DNA of 64,000 nt from Elusimicrobiota bacterium (GCA_043811535.1 JBDRNC010000021.1:64001-128000), one strand, 5' to 3'; positions 50,669-59,965 are shown, counted from the stretch's first letter. Numbers and translations: made by a program. The notes: generated from the sequence alone by a model not told the origin.

Positions 50669-52576
50669 ATGAAAAAAGGCAAACTTACAACGCTGCTTAT
50701 TTCTTTGAGCGTGGGTTTTTTGGTGATTGTTTTATGGATTTTCGGATTAATCAGAGGACTTGAGAATAAATTCCTTGATTCCATGTTTACTTTGCGCGGT
50801 CCGATAAAACCCGCGGAGGAAATTGTTATTATAGCTTTTGACGAAGAGTCGTTCAAACAGCTTGGGCGCTGGCCGTGGACCAGGGTGCATTACGCGAAAG
50901 TTGTGGATATGCTCACTCAGGCCGGCGCGAAATCGATAGTTTTTGACGTGATCTTTCCCGAGCCGGAATCCGAACATCCCGGTGCGGACGAGACTTTCGC
51001 CCGCGCCGCGAAGAATTCCGGCAAAGTGGTGCTTGCGTCCCATTTTAGTTATGACATCGAAGGCAATCCCAGTAATTTTATTATGCCGGTCCCTGTTCTT
51101 CAGCAGGAGGCCTATATGGGTTTTGCGAACATCATGGCCGAGCTGGACGGAGTCTGCAGGAAGATACCTTTGTTTAAGGTTTATAAGGATAAAGTTGTGC
51201 CTTCGCTCGCGACGGCGGGACTTGCTGTCTATTATAACCAGCCGCCCGAAAAGCTAATAGCGGATAAGAAAGTTATTTTGGACGAGTACAACGAGATGCT
51301 CGTTAATTTCAGCGGTGGATACGAGACATTCCAGTACTCTACTTTTTCTTATGTGCTGAATGGTATAATCCCGGCGAGCAATTTCAAGGATAAAATAGTT
51401 ATTTTGGGCGGAACGGCTTCAGGGCTTTTTGATTTTAAAGCGATACCATACTCGCCGATGTTTCCGGGGGTTGAGATCCATGCGAACACGATGTCCAATA
51501 TAATACTCGGCAATTTTCTGCGGCCCATGCCTTCTTTGATGACCTTGCTGTTGATAATTGTTTTTGTGTTGTTTTCGGGGCTTGTTTCCGGCAGGCTCGC
51601 TCCGTTCAGGGGCGGAATAGTCACGATGGGTCTGCTTGCGGGTTTTTTCGTAGTGGTTTTCGTTTTGTTTAAGTCCAGATACATTTACGCTGAATTCGTT
51701 GCGCCTGCTTCAGGTCTGACTTTGAGTTACGTGGGCGTGCTTTTCTATAGATTTATGACCGAGGAAAGGGAAAAACGCAAAATCAAAAAAACGTTCAGCC
51801 AATACCTGAGCCCCAAGATCATGGAGAAAGTTCTTAACGACCCGTCATACCTTAAAATGGGCGGGCATAAAGAGACCCTTACCGTGCTTTTCTCGGATAT
51901 CAGGGGTTTCACGACGATAACTGAATCACTGCCACCCGAAGAACTTGTGGCGCAATTGAATGAGTACCTCAGCAAAATGGTGGATGTAGTCTTTAAATGG
52001 GACGGCACTATGGACAAATTCATCGGCGACGCGGTGATGGCTTACTGGGGCGCTCCGATACCTCAGAACGATCACCCGATCAGAGGCGTGATGTGCGCGA
52101 TAGACATGCACAAAGAATTGAAAATTCTTCAGGATAAATGGAACAGCGAAGGAAAACAGTTCGTTTTTAATATCGGGGTAGGGGTCAACACCGGGGAAAT
52201 GATCGTGGGCAACATGGGCTCTACGGGAAAGAAGGACTTTACCGTAATAGGCGACAACGTCAACCTCGGCGCGCGGCTTGAGAGCACGACAAAGGAATAC
52301 CACGCGAAGCTAATCATTTCAGAAGCCACGTATGACATAGTGAAAGAGTCAATTGATGCGAAGCATATAGGATCCGTAAAGGTTAAAGGAAAGACCAAGC
52401 CTGTCGAAATATACGCGGTTCTTGGGAAGAAGGGGGAAGAACCTATAAGCATAGCTGACCAGATACATAAGGATGAAATTAAGAAGGAAGAAGCTCCTAA
52501 ACCGGCAGCTTCCGCGGCGCCTGCCGCGCCGGAGAAGTTTGATCCTGATGCGAGGACGCAGTTCCCTAAGAAATAG
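50669..52576 (+). CDS. CHASE2-domain class III adenylate cyclase
   Basis: CHASE2 (GRWPWTR, FDVIFPE, PGVEIHAN), three TMs, cyclase FSDIRGFT, DKFIGDAVMA (Lys indicates ATP specificity), DFTVIGDNVNLGARLE. Confidence 0.93.
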   Translation: MKKGKLTTLLISLSVGFLVIVLWIFGLIRGLENKFLDSMFTLRGPIKPAEEIVIIAFDEESFKQLGRWPWTRVHYAKVVDMLTQAGAKSIVFDVIFPEPESEHPGADETFARAAKNSGKVVLASHFSYDIEGNPSNFIMPVPVLQQEAYMGFANIMAELDGVCRKIPLFKVYKDKVVPSLATAGLAVYYNQPPEKLIADKKVILDEYNEMLVNFSGGYETFQYSTFSYVLNGIIPASNFKDKIVILGGTASGLFDFKAIPYSPMFPGVEIHANTMSNIILGNFLRPMPSLMTLLLIIVFVLFSGLVSGRLAPFRGGIVTMGLLAGFFVVVFVLFKSRYIYAEFVAPASGLTLSYVGVLFYRFMTEEREKRKIKKTFSQYLSPKIMEKVLNDPSYLKMGGHKETLTVLFSDIRGFTTITESLPPEELVAQLNEYLSKMVDVVFKWDGTMDKFIGDAVMAYWGAPIPQNDHPIRGVMCAIDMHKELKILQDKWNSEGKQFVFNIGVGVNTGEMIVGNMGSTGKKDFTVIGDNVNLGARLESTTKEYHAKLIISEATYDIVKESIDAKHIGSVKVKGKTKPVEIYAVLGKKGEEPISIADQIHKDEIKKEEAPKPAASAAPAAPEKFDPDARTQFPKK

Positions 52577-52626
52577 ATGGAAGTAGAAGACGGAAGAAGG
52601 AAGTAACGGATAAATAAAGAAAACCT

Positions 52627-53328
52627 ATGATATTCTGGCGCTTGATTCTTGCTCATCTTCTGATAGATTTTACGTTCCAGACGAATTTTATCGCGGAATG
52701 GAAGAGGAGAAATGTCTGGGGAGCTCTTCTTCATTCCATGATGTTTCTTGTTGTGGGAACAATTCTCTGCTGGGGCTACCTTACCGACATCTGGGTAATG
52801 GCAGGGAACAATATGGTCATTATTCAGGGCTGGATGGCTCTCGTTCTCCTGACGATATTTCATTTCATGGAGGATGAATGGAGAGTATGGACCATTCAGA
52901 AACTGAATTCGCCCGATACAATGTTCTTTTTTATATGGGACCAGGTCATACATATAGTCTTTATCTTCGTATTATTTCCGCAAAGTTTCGGCATACACCC
53001 GGAACCATGGGTGCTGCTGGCTATTCTTTTTGTTCTCACGACGCACTTCACGACAATTTTCATATATTACCTTGAAAAGGATGTATTCGGCCAAACCAAC
53101 GTGCTTGTCCATGACAAATATTTTTCAATGATAGAACGGCTGATTACCGCGTTGGCGTTGTTGCTGCCGGGATGGTGGGCGCTGAGTTTTCTTTTTGTAT
53201 GGATAGCGCGAGCGGTGATTTCCAGTTTCTGGCGCCGGCCGCAGGGTTTTACATGGACTAACATAATAGTTGGCAACTCAATGGCGGCTCTCTTCGGTTT
53301 TCTTGCCAGGCTCGTTTATTACGCGTAA
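52627..53328 (+). CDS. DUF3307-like membrane protein
   Basis: LAHLLIDFTFQT, LLHS, FHFMED, FIWDQVIH; multiple TMs. Confidence 0.8.
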   Translation: MIFWRLILAHLLIDFTFQTNFIAEWKRRNVWGALLHSMMFLVVGTILCWGYLTDIWVMAGNNMVIIQGWMALVLLTIFHFMEDEWRVWTIQKLNSPDTMFFFIWDQVIHIVFIFVLFPQSFGIHPEPWVLLAILFVLTTHFTTIFIYYLEKDVFGQTNVLVHDKYFSMIERLITALALLLPGWWALSFLFVWIARAVISSFWRRPQGFTWTNIIVGNSMAALFGFLARLVYYA

Positions 53329-53583
53329 TTCCCCCGGCTATTTCTCTCCAGAGTCTACTGAAATTTCCTTGCCAAACGCTTCAATCCAGTCCAATACCCA
53401 AAAACAATAATACTAAGCCCTGCCTGAAAAAAATGGAATCCACTTGACAAATATAATTTCTATTTGATATATTATACTCAATAGCATTAAATAACTCTAT
53501 TTATTAATATATGATAATAAATAACAGTTCTATATTTATTGATGCCGGGCGAAAGCGGCAAAATAATATCTTGGAGAGTTAAA

Positions 53584-53709
53584 ATGCAGATTATTTTTCC
53601 GGCTGTTCTATGGTTGGTTCTGGTTCTTGTATTGTTCCTGGTTCTAGAGAAGCAGCAAGAGAAATTGCGCGACACAGTATCCGTTGATTCTTCGGAAATG
53701 CAAAGTTGA
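53584..53709 (+). CDS. Small single-pass membrane protein (41 aa)
   Basis: RBS GGAG; MQIIFPAVLWLVLVLVLFLVLEKQQEKLRDTVSVDSSEMQS*; upstream TTGACA-N18-TATATT at 53444-53473. Confidence 0.45.
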   Translation: MQIIFPAVLWLVLVLVLFLVLEKQQEKLRDTVSVDSSEMQS

Positions 53710-53742
53710 GTTCGTAAGCAACCCTCCGTCTTGCTCACTCTA

Positions 53743-53771
53743 TTGACATTTCGTCGAAAACCGGGTAAAAT
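53743..53771 (+). promoter_or_regulatory. sigma70 promoter for tRNA-Arg/tadA
   Basis: TTGACA-N17-TAAAAT. Confidence 0.75.
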
Positions 53772-53864
53772 ATACATCAGATTCCACAGATACCCAAGGA
53801 GATTACACAGATTTTGTTGTTAATCTGAGTAATCTCCGTTTTAATCCCGCAGAATTCCTAAATT

Positions 53865-53880
53865 GCGCCCATAGCTCAAT
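53865..53880 (+). pseudogene. 5' fragment of a tRNA-like sequence
   Basis: GCGCCCATAGCTCAAT (acceptor 5' strand plus D-arm start) exactly 100 bp upstream of the real tRNA; no anticodon or T-arm follows. Confidence 0.4.
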
Positions 53881-53964
53881 CCCGCTAACGCGGGACGTCG
53901 TATATGTAAAAATATTTGGGTACTCCGCTGATATCGCGTTTGACGGAGTTTATCCCGCAAAATT

Positions 53965-54038
<74 letters not shown>

Positions 54039-54146
54039 TTCAATTTATGCGGGAAATCAAAAGGCTAGAGGTTTCCTTAACGCAGGATTTCAGATTTATT
54101 TGGGTTAAGGAGCTCAACAACTCCTCTTGGACGCGTATAAAGCGTA

Positions 54147-54614
54147 ATGAAAAGCCAAAATCGTGCGGATGCATTCTTCATGAAAGAAGCGCTTAAAGAG
54201 GCGCGGAAGGCCCAAAGATTGGGTGAAGTGCCGGTCGGGGCGGTAGTGGTCGTTGAAGATAGGGTGATCGGGCGGGGGTATAACAGGAACATAAAGGACA
54301 ATGACCCGTCGGCGCATGCGGAAATAGTAGCGATAGGCAAAGCCGCGAAAAAACTCAGAAATTACCGTCTTATCGGCTGTAAAATATATGCCACGATAGA
54401 ACCGTGTCCGATGTGTGCCGGAGCGCTTGTCTGGGCCAGGATTTCAGAAATTGTGTTCGGCGCGAAGGATTTGAAAGCGGGGGCGTGCGGTTCGGTGGTG
54501 AACATCGCGCAAAATAGGAAGCTGAATCACCGGATTAAGATAACCGGCGGCGTCCTTGAAAATGAATGCCGGTCGCTTATACAGAATTTTTTTCGTCAGA
54601 GACGGAAAATATGA
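54147..54614 (+). CDS. tadA: tRNA adenosine(34) deaminase
   Basis: EVPVGAVVV, DPSAHAE, TIEPCPMCAGA, FFRQRR. Confidence 0.96.
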   Translation: MKSQNRADAFFMKEALKEARKAQRLGEVPVGAVVVVEDRVIGRGYNRNIKDNDPSAHAEIVAIGKAAKKLRNYRLIGCKIYATIEPCPMCAGALVWARISEIVFGAKDLKAGACGSVVNIAQNRKLNHRIKITGGVLENECRSLIQNFFRQRRKI

Positions 54615-54728
54615 TTACAGATTTCATATTTCAAATTGAAATTAATTTTGTCTTTAAGGAAAGATGTGCGCGCAGTTAATCTGTAATCTGAAATTTGTAA
54701 TTTGTAATGCGTTGTTGCCGTCATTGAT

Positions 54729-55073
54729 GGGGCTGAACAGGGTTCGACGGGGGTGAAAGAGGTACAGGTGGCAGGCCCGAGTTGGCCGGAGGCTCGGTCA
54801 CAATTCGGCCAAACATAAACGCTAATACACAATTAGCACTAGCTGCTTAAATGCAGTTACGTTTACTCCTAAACACCTGCTATAGGAGATAAACGTCAAG
54901 AGCAGGTTAGTTCCGGACGGCGTGTTCCGTCAGTCTGGAGCGAAACTAAAACGGAGCTGGTCCTGCGGTGGTCCTGCAGAGAGGCAGCCTCAGGACGAGA
55001 CAAATTCACTGCTAAGCCTGTAGGAACCTGGCCAAAGCGCCTTCGGACGCGGGTTCAATTCCCGCCAGCTCCA
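54729..55073 (+). ncRNA. ssrA: tmRNA; tag (A)ANTQLALAA at 54821-54850
   Basis: 5' GGGGCTGAACAGGGTTCGAC; 3' GACGCGGGTTCAATTCCCGCCAGCTCCA; ATAAAC precedes the resume codon GCT; tag ends LAA-TAA. Confidence 0.95.
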
Positions 55074-55080
55074 TTCAATT

Positions 55081-55108
55081 TGCCTCCGATTTATTCGGAG
55101 GCATTTTT
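55081..55108 (+). terminator. Rho-independent terminator of tmRNA
   Basis: TGCCTCCGA-TTTAT-TCGGAGGCA followed by TTTTT. Confidence 0.8.
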
Positions 55109-55144
55109 GTCGTTCTTGATATACATACTCGAATTCGCTATAAT

Positions 55145-55318
55145 TACCTGAGTTGATCAGAAAATCTTTTTTCGTTTCGAAATTTCGGTAATTGAGCCGA
55201 GGCGAGACGGACGAAGCGAGCATATGCTCGAAGGAGTATCTGTAAGATGAGTCCAACGATGCCGGAGGCCAAAGACCGAAATTGCAGTAGGAAAAGGATT
55301 TTTTGATTAACTCAAGTA
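55145..55318. mobile_element. MITE-like element / long RNA hairpin
   Basis: ~27 bp imperfect terminal inverted repeats (TACCTGAGTTGATCAGAAAATCTTTTT / AAAAGGATTTTTTGATTAACTCAAGTA), inner AATTTCGGT/ACCGAAATT stem, no convincing ORF. Confidence 0.5.
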
Positions 55319-55319
55319 T

Positions 55320-56960
55320 ATGAGACGGATATTTTCATATCTATTCATCCCGATCCTTGTTGTTTCCGCCATGCACATACCGCAAACGGCGTTTGCCGCG
55401 GGGCAGAAGATAGAAGCCACTTATGAAGGGGAGATTGTAGACGGCGTGAAGCTTTATGAGTTCTCCGGCAGTGATTACTTCATGATTAAGGAAATAGCGA
55501 AACTCTATAAATGCACGCTAACCTGGCATCCGGTTACGGGCAAGGTTTCGCTGTTTTCAAACAACCAGAGAATAGATTTTTTCATAAAAACGACGCGCAT
55601 CGCGTTGAACGGCAAAAAGAAGCGGATTGGCCTGCCTATTCGCGTGTCATCGGACCAGGTATATGTCCCCGCTTCATTCATATTTTCCATGGACTTCGCG
55701 GATTTTAACGACGCCGAGTCCAGTTGGAATCCCGAGACGTGCATATTGAACGTTGAAAAGAGGGTTAATGTCCTGAGCCCGAGGTTTTATTCCTATCCGA
55801 AATACACGCAGGTTGAGATTGAGTTAAGCAATGACCTTACCTATTCATGGTCGCAGAAAAATCCCGCCGTCGGAGTTGTTTCAATACCTAGGGGAAAACT
55901 GAGCGAAGAAACAATAGGGTCGGACGATGGAATAATCAGGGAGATAGACGCGGAGAACCGCGGCCGGGAAGCAGAGATCAAGATATTTCTTACCGAAGGC
56001 GCCGGAAAGATAAACAGGCAGCTTTTAAACGATCCCAGAAGGATTGTTATAAACATAGAACGGACTCCTCTTGCGGTAGCAAAAACAGACACCGAAATAG
56101 TCCGGTCAACCGAAACGCCGGCGGCGTCGGAGATTATGATATCTTCTCCTGTCGAAACGGCTCCGATGGAAACAAGGCCTGTCGCGGTCGTTCCGCCCCC
56201 GGCTCCCGCCGGGGAAACTGCCGTAAAGGAACCGGAAGATAAGAAAGAGCCGATCGCGCCCGCGGTGGTTATCTCGAGGCGAAAAAAAATAATCGTGCTG
56301 GATGCCGGCCACGGAGGAGAGGACCCGGGCGCTATCGGGCCCAACGGGACAAAAGAGAAAGACATAAATTTGATGATAGTCGGAGAACTAAAGAGACTAT
56401 TTCAGAATGACAAGAATTACCAGATTATCATCACGCGTAAGGACGACACTTTCATTCCTCTTGTAGACAGGACAATAATCGCTAACGAGCAGAAGGCGCA
56501 TCTTTTTGTGTCCGTGCACTGCAACGCTTCCATCAACAGGAATTCCAGCGGGTTTGAGATATATTTCCTGTCAGAAAGTGCTTCCGATCCGGAGGCCCAG
56601 GCAACCGCAATACTTGAAAATTCGGTCGTGAGGCTTGAAGGTAAACCGACAAAAAAACGCGCTAAGATCCAGGAACTTCTCTGGTCGCTTGTAGTAAACG
56701 AATATATCAACGAATCTTCTGAGATATGTTCATTCATAGGCAATGAGGTGTGCCGTAGGACAAGAGAGAATAACCGCGGCGTAAAACAGGCGGGTTTTTA
56801 CGTGCTGCGCGGTACGGAGATGCCGGCGGTGCTTGTAGAATGCGCGTTCATCAGCCATCTCGGGGAAGAGTCGAAACTTAAGAATAAGAGCTTCCAGCGT
56901 AAAATCGCGGACGGGATTTATGAAGGCATTAAACGATACGACGAAAAAAAGGGAATATAA
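55320..56960 (+). CDS. N-acetylmuramoyl-L-alanine amidase (Amidase_3, AmiC-like)
   Basis: Signal peptide; IVLDAGHGGEDPGA, KEKDINL, FVSVHCN, MPAVLVECAFIS. Confidence 0.95.
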   Translation: MRRIFSYLFIPILVVSAMHIPQTAFAAGQKIEATYEGEIVDGVKLYEFSGSDYFMIKEIAKLYKCTLTWHPVTGKVSLFSNNQRIDFFIKTTRIALNGKKKRIGLPIRVSSDQVYVPASFIFSMDFADFNDAESSWNPETCILNVEKRVNVLSPRFYSYPKYTQVEIELSNDLTYSWSQKNPAVGVVSIPRGKLSEETIGSDDGIIREIDAENRGREAEIKIFLTEGAGKINRQLLNDPRRIVINIERTPLAVAKTDTEIVRSTETPAASEIMISSPVETAPMETRPVAVVPPPAPAGETAVKEPEDKKEPIAPAVVISRRKKIIVLDAGHGGEDPGAIGPNGTKEKDINLMIVGELKRLFQNDKNYQIIITRKDDTFIPLVDRTIIANEQKAHLFVSVHCNASINRNSSGFEIYFLSESASDPEAQATAILENSVVRLEGKPTKKRAKIQELLWSLVVNEYINESSEICSFIGNEVCRRTRENNRGVKQAGFYVLRGTEMPAVLVECAFISHLGEESKLKNKSFQRKIADGIYEGIKRYDEKKGI

Positions 56961-57100
56961 ATACAACTGTGTTATGTGTAAAGTGTAATGTGTAATGAAA
57001 CAACCGATATCCGTATATTCATCAAACATCACACATTCAACATTACACAATCTATTTCCAAGAGAGGGTAATAATATGCAAAAATTCATGGAGAATTATT

Positions 57101-57901
57101 ATGGATGGTAGGCCTATAGGTATTTTTGATTCAGGGTTTGGCGGCCTGACAGTGATGGCCGAGATTAGAAAGCTGCTTCCCCGCGAAGATCTTATTTACT
57201 TCGGAGACACGGCGCACGTCCCGTACGGCTCAAAATCAAAAGAGGTCGTTACGGGATATTCAGCCGATATTGCAAAATTTCTGCTTTCAAAAAAAGTCAA
57301 GATGATTGTGGTCGCCTGCAACACAGCGTCGGCCTTCGCGCTTCCGGCGTTGAAAGCCAAGTTAAAGGTTCCTGTTATAGGGGTGATTGAACCTGGAGCG
57401 AAAGCTGCGTTGAGCGTAACGTTGAAAAGGAAGATAGGAGTTATAGGCACCGAGGGAACGGTTAAAAGTTCATCATACACGAAAGCGCTTAAGCGCCTTG
57501 ATCCGCGGATAAGGATATTTGCGGTGGCATGTCCGCTTTTCGTGCCTCTCGTGGAAGAAGGATGGCTGAAGCATCCCATGACATACAGGGTCGCGAAAGA
57601 ATATATTACGCCGCTGGTCAGGAAAGGAGTTGACACGATTGTGCTCGGCTGCACCCATTATCCGCTGATAAAGAGTGTGATAAAGAAGACCGCCGGCAAG
57701 AGTGTATCGCTGATAGATTCCGCGGCCGCGACGGCTGTGGAAGTCGCGGGCACCTTGAAAAACCTGGGAATAGAGAGCCAAAGAAGCAAAGGCGGTAAGT
57801 GTATTTTCTATGTAAGCGACGCCCCCGCAAAATTCAAATTGCTGGGCCGGAAATTCATGGGCCAGGTAATTACCAGAATAAACAAGGTGGCAATGAGATG
57901 A
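57101..57901 (+). CDS. murI: Glutamate racemase
   Basis: IGIFDSGFGG, VPYGSKS, VACNTAS, LGCTHYP. Confidence 0.97.
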   Translation: MDGRPIGIFDSGFGGLTVMAEIRKLLPREDLIYFGDTAHVPYGSKSKEVVTGYSADIAKFLLSKKVKMIVVACNTASAFALPALKAKLKVPVIGVIEPGAKAALSVTLKRKIGVIGTEGTVKSSSYTKALKRLDPRIRIFAVACPLFVPLVEEGWLKHPMTYRVAKEYITPLVRKGVDTIVLGCTHYPLIKSVIKKTAGKSVSLIDSAAATAVEVAGTLKNLGIESQRSKGGKCIFYVSDAPAKFKLLGRKFMGQVITRINKVAMR

Positions 57902-58362
57902 ACGTACCGGGAACGGAAACCGGGCAAATCGAAGCTGAACAGGCCAATACGGAATGGAAAAAGAAAAGCCTATTCAAAAAGATGATGTATATTGCCGGCG
58001 CTTGCGCCGCGCTGGTATTGTTTTTAATCGGAATATACGGCACGGTAACAAACATATACTCTATAAAAAATACGGAGATGTTGAGGATTGCCAAACGGTT
58101 GAATATAAAGGCTGAAGATGTTCTGAAAAATCCCAACGACTATATCAATAAGCCTGTCTTGTGGAAATTTAAATTCATTGAAATGGACGGGCTCGGATTG
58201 ACGCAGGAAGGCGGCGTGAATGTCAGCATCGCGTTCGGAAGAATGGGGGGTCGCCCGAATTTCCTGCTGAATGAAAAAGGGGAGCATGGCGGGACTGTGC
58301 TGGGAATAGTGGAAAGTGTAAATGAAAAACTCATTTTCATTAGTGCTTTAGATGCTTATTAG
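57898..58362 (+). CDS. Hypothetical single-TM protein, paralogous to the QueD C-terminal extension
   Basis: ATG overlaps the murI stop (ATGA); TM then DVLKNPNDYINKPVLW..TVLGIVESV. Confidence 0.7.
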   Translation: MNVPGTETGQIEAEQANTEWKKKSLFKKMMYIAGACAALVLFLIGIYGTVTNIYSIKNTEMLRIAKRLNIKAEDVLKNPNDYINKPVLWKFKFIEMDGLGLTQEGGVNVSIAFGRMGGRPNFLLNEKGEHGGTVLGIVESVNEKLIFISALDAY

Positions 58363-58404
58363 GGCGGAGACCGGCGGAAAGGAAGAATTACCGGAGGAGA
58401 TAAA

Positions 58405-59241
58405 ATGAAGTACGAGGTTTCGGTAGTCAGGACATTTTCAGCAGCGCACGCGCTGAGAGGTTATAGGGGCAAATGTGAGAACCTGCACGGCCATAACTGG
58501 AGAGTAGTGGTATCGGTTTCCGGATATGGCCTCGGAAAGACCGGCATGCTGCTTGATTTCACGGATTTGAAGTCTTTCGTGGAACTGGTTCTGGCGGAGC
58601 TTGACCATAAAAATTTGAACGACGTTTCTCCTTTTAATAAGATAAATCCGACGGCAGAGAACATAGCTGCTTATATCTGCGTTGAACTGAAGAAACAGTT
58701 GCCGTCAGGTGTATCGCTTTCAAACGTGGAAGTATGGGAAAGCGAAACATCGTCGGCAAGGTGCAGCTTTACGGAAAACGAAGGTAAAGATGGAATAACA
58801 GCCGTTGACACCGGCGCGCAGGAATCGAGAATTAAGAAAAGGATAAATGATCTTAAAAAGACTGTTTATTACGCGGCTACGCTGACCGTTTTGATAATAC
58901 TGGGTTTTGCAGCGGCTACATTTGTACGTTTTAACGTTTTGGGGCAGAGAAACAGCAATGAGGCCGTTCTGAAGCAGGCAAGAGAAGCGAAGATCGACTG
59001 CAGGGATGTCATAAAGAATCCGGGAAAATACACAGGCAAACCGGTGGAATGGCGCTGCAGGTACCTTTCAGGTAGTAAAGGGATCATCGCGGGCAGCGAT
59101 GTGCAGATTGAGATACAGGGCATAAAGACGTCGAATGTTAAGACAGGCAAGATGTTTGCTTACACGGTTCTCGGGAAGATCGTTTCGGTACATGACAATA
59201 TTATTACGGTCGAAGGAATAGACCTGTATCAGACGGAATAG
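58405..59241 (+). CDS. queD: 6-carboxytetrahydropterin synthase QueD fused to a TM and extracytoplasmic domain
   Basis: FSAAHALRGYRGKCENLHGHNW, DHKNLND, NPTAENIA, VWESE in the first ~120 aa; ~155 extra aa. Confidence 0.9.
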   Translation: MKYEVSVVRTFSAAHALRGYRGKCENLHGHNWRVVVSVSGYGLGKTGMLLDFTDLKSFVELVLAELDHKNLNDVSPFNKINPTAENIAAYICVELKKQLPSGVSLSNVEVWESETSSARCSFTENEGKDGITAVDTGAQESRIKKRINDLKKTVYYAATLTVLIILGFAAATFVRFNVLGQRNSNEAVLKQAREAKIDCRDVIKNPGKYTGKPVEWRCRYLSGSKGIIAGSDVQIEIQGIKTSNVKTGKMFAYTVLGKIVSVHDNIITVEGIDLYQTE

Positions 59242-59244
59242 GGC

Positions 59245-59889
59245 ATGTCAATTAAAAAAGCAGTAATACTGTTGTCCGGCGGATTGGATTCCTCAACGGC
59301 GCTGTATTACGCGAAGAGCAAAGGATATGCGTGCAGCTGCCTGATTTTTGATTACGGCCAGCGCCATAAGAAGGAATTGAAATCCGCTGTTAAAATCGCC
59401 CGCCTTGCCGGGTGCCCGTACAAGATTATAAAAATCAAACTCCCATGGCAAGCCGGCTCTTTATTGAATAAGAAGTTATCTATCCCTGACAACTGTCAAC
59501 TGTCAACTGTCAACGCCTTGCCTTCAACATACGTTCCCGGCCGTAACACTATTTTCATCTCCCACGCCCTATCATACGCCGAGTCAATCAACGCGTGCAG
59601 GATTTTTATCGGCGCAAATGCGGTAGATTTTTCAGGCTATCCTGACTGCCGCCCGGACTATTACAAGGCATGGAACAGAGTGCTGTCTGCCTTGGGCACG
59701 GGCGTGCGAGTTGAAACTCCTCTCATCAAGCTGACTAAAGAAAAGATAATCAGGATAGGGCAGTCCCTGAAGGTTCCGTACGGTCTGACATGGTCGTGCT
59801 ATGAAGGCGGCAGAAAACCGTGCGGCATCTGCGATTCCTGCCGTTTCCGCGCGAAGGGATTCGCGGAAGCAGGAATACAAGACAGATGA
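59245..59889 (+). CDS. queC: 7-cyano-7-deazaguanine synthase
   Basis: LSGGLDSST, YGQRH, STYVPGRN, YPDCRP, SCY..PCGICDSC. Confidence 0.97.
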   Translation: MSIKKAVILLSGGLDSSTALYYAKSKGYACSCLIFDYGQRHKKELKSAVKIARLAGCPYKIIKIKLPWQAGSLLNKKLSIPDNCQLSTVNALPSTYVPGRNTIFISHALSYAESINACRIFIGANAVDFSGYPDCRPDYYKAWNRVLSALGTGVRVETPLIKLTKEKIIRIGQSLKVPYGLTWSCYEGGRKPCGICDSCRFRAKGFAEAGIQDR

Positions 59890-59965
59890 CAGTTGATGGA
59901 TGACCGTTGACGGTTAAGGCATTTATGTCAACTGTGAACTGTCAACCTCAAATGCAAACTGGTCT

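Noticed and set aside
53521..53580. c-di-GMP or other riboswitch
   Set aside because: Only one small GAAA-loop hairpin is present; no full aptamer consensus is recognisable by eye.
55073..55320. Prophage or island integrated at tmRNA
   Set aside because: No integrase and no duplicated ssrA 3' end; housekeeping genes follow directly.
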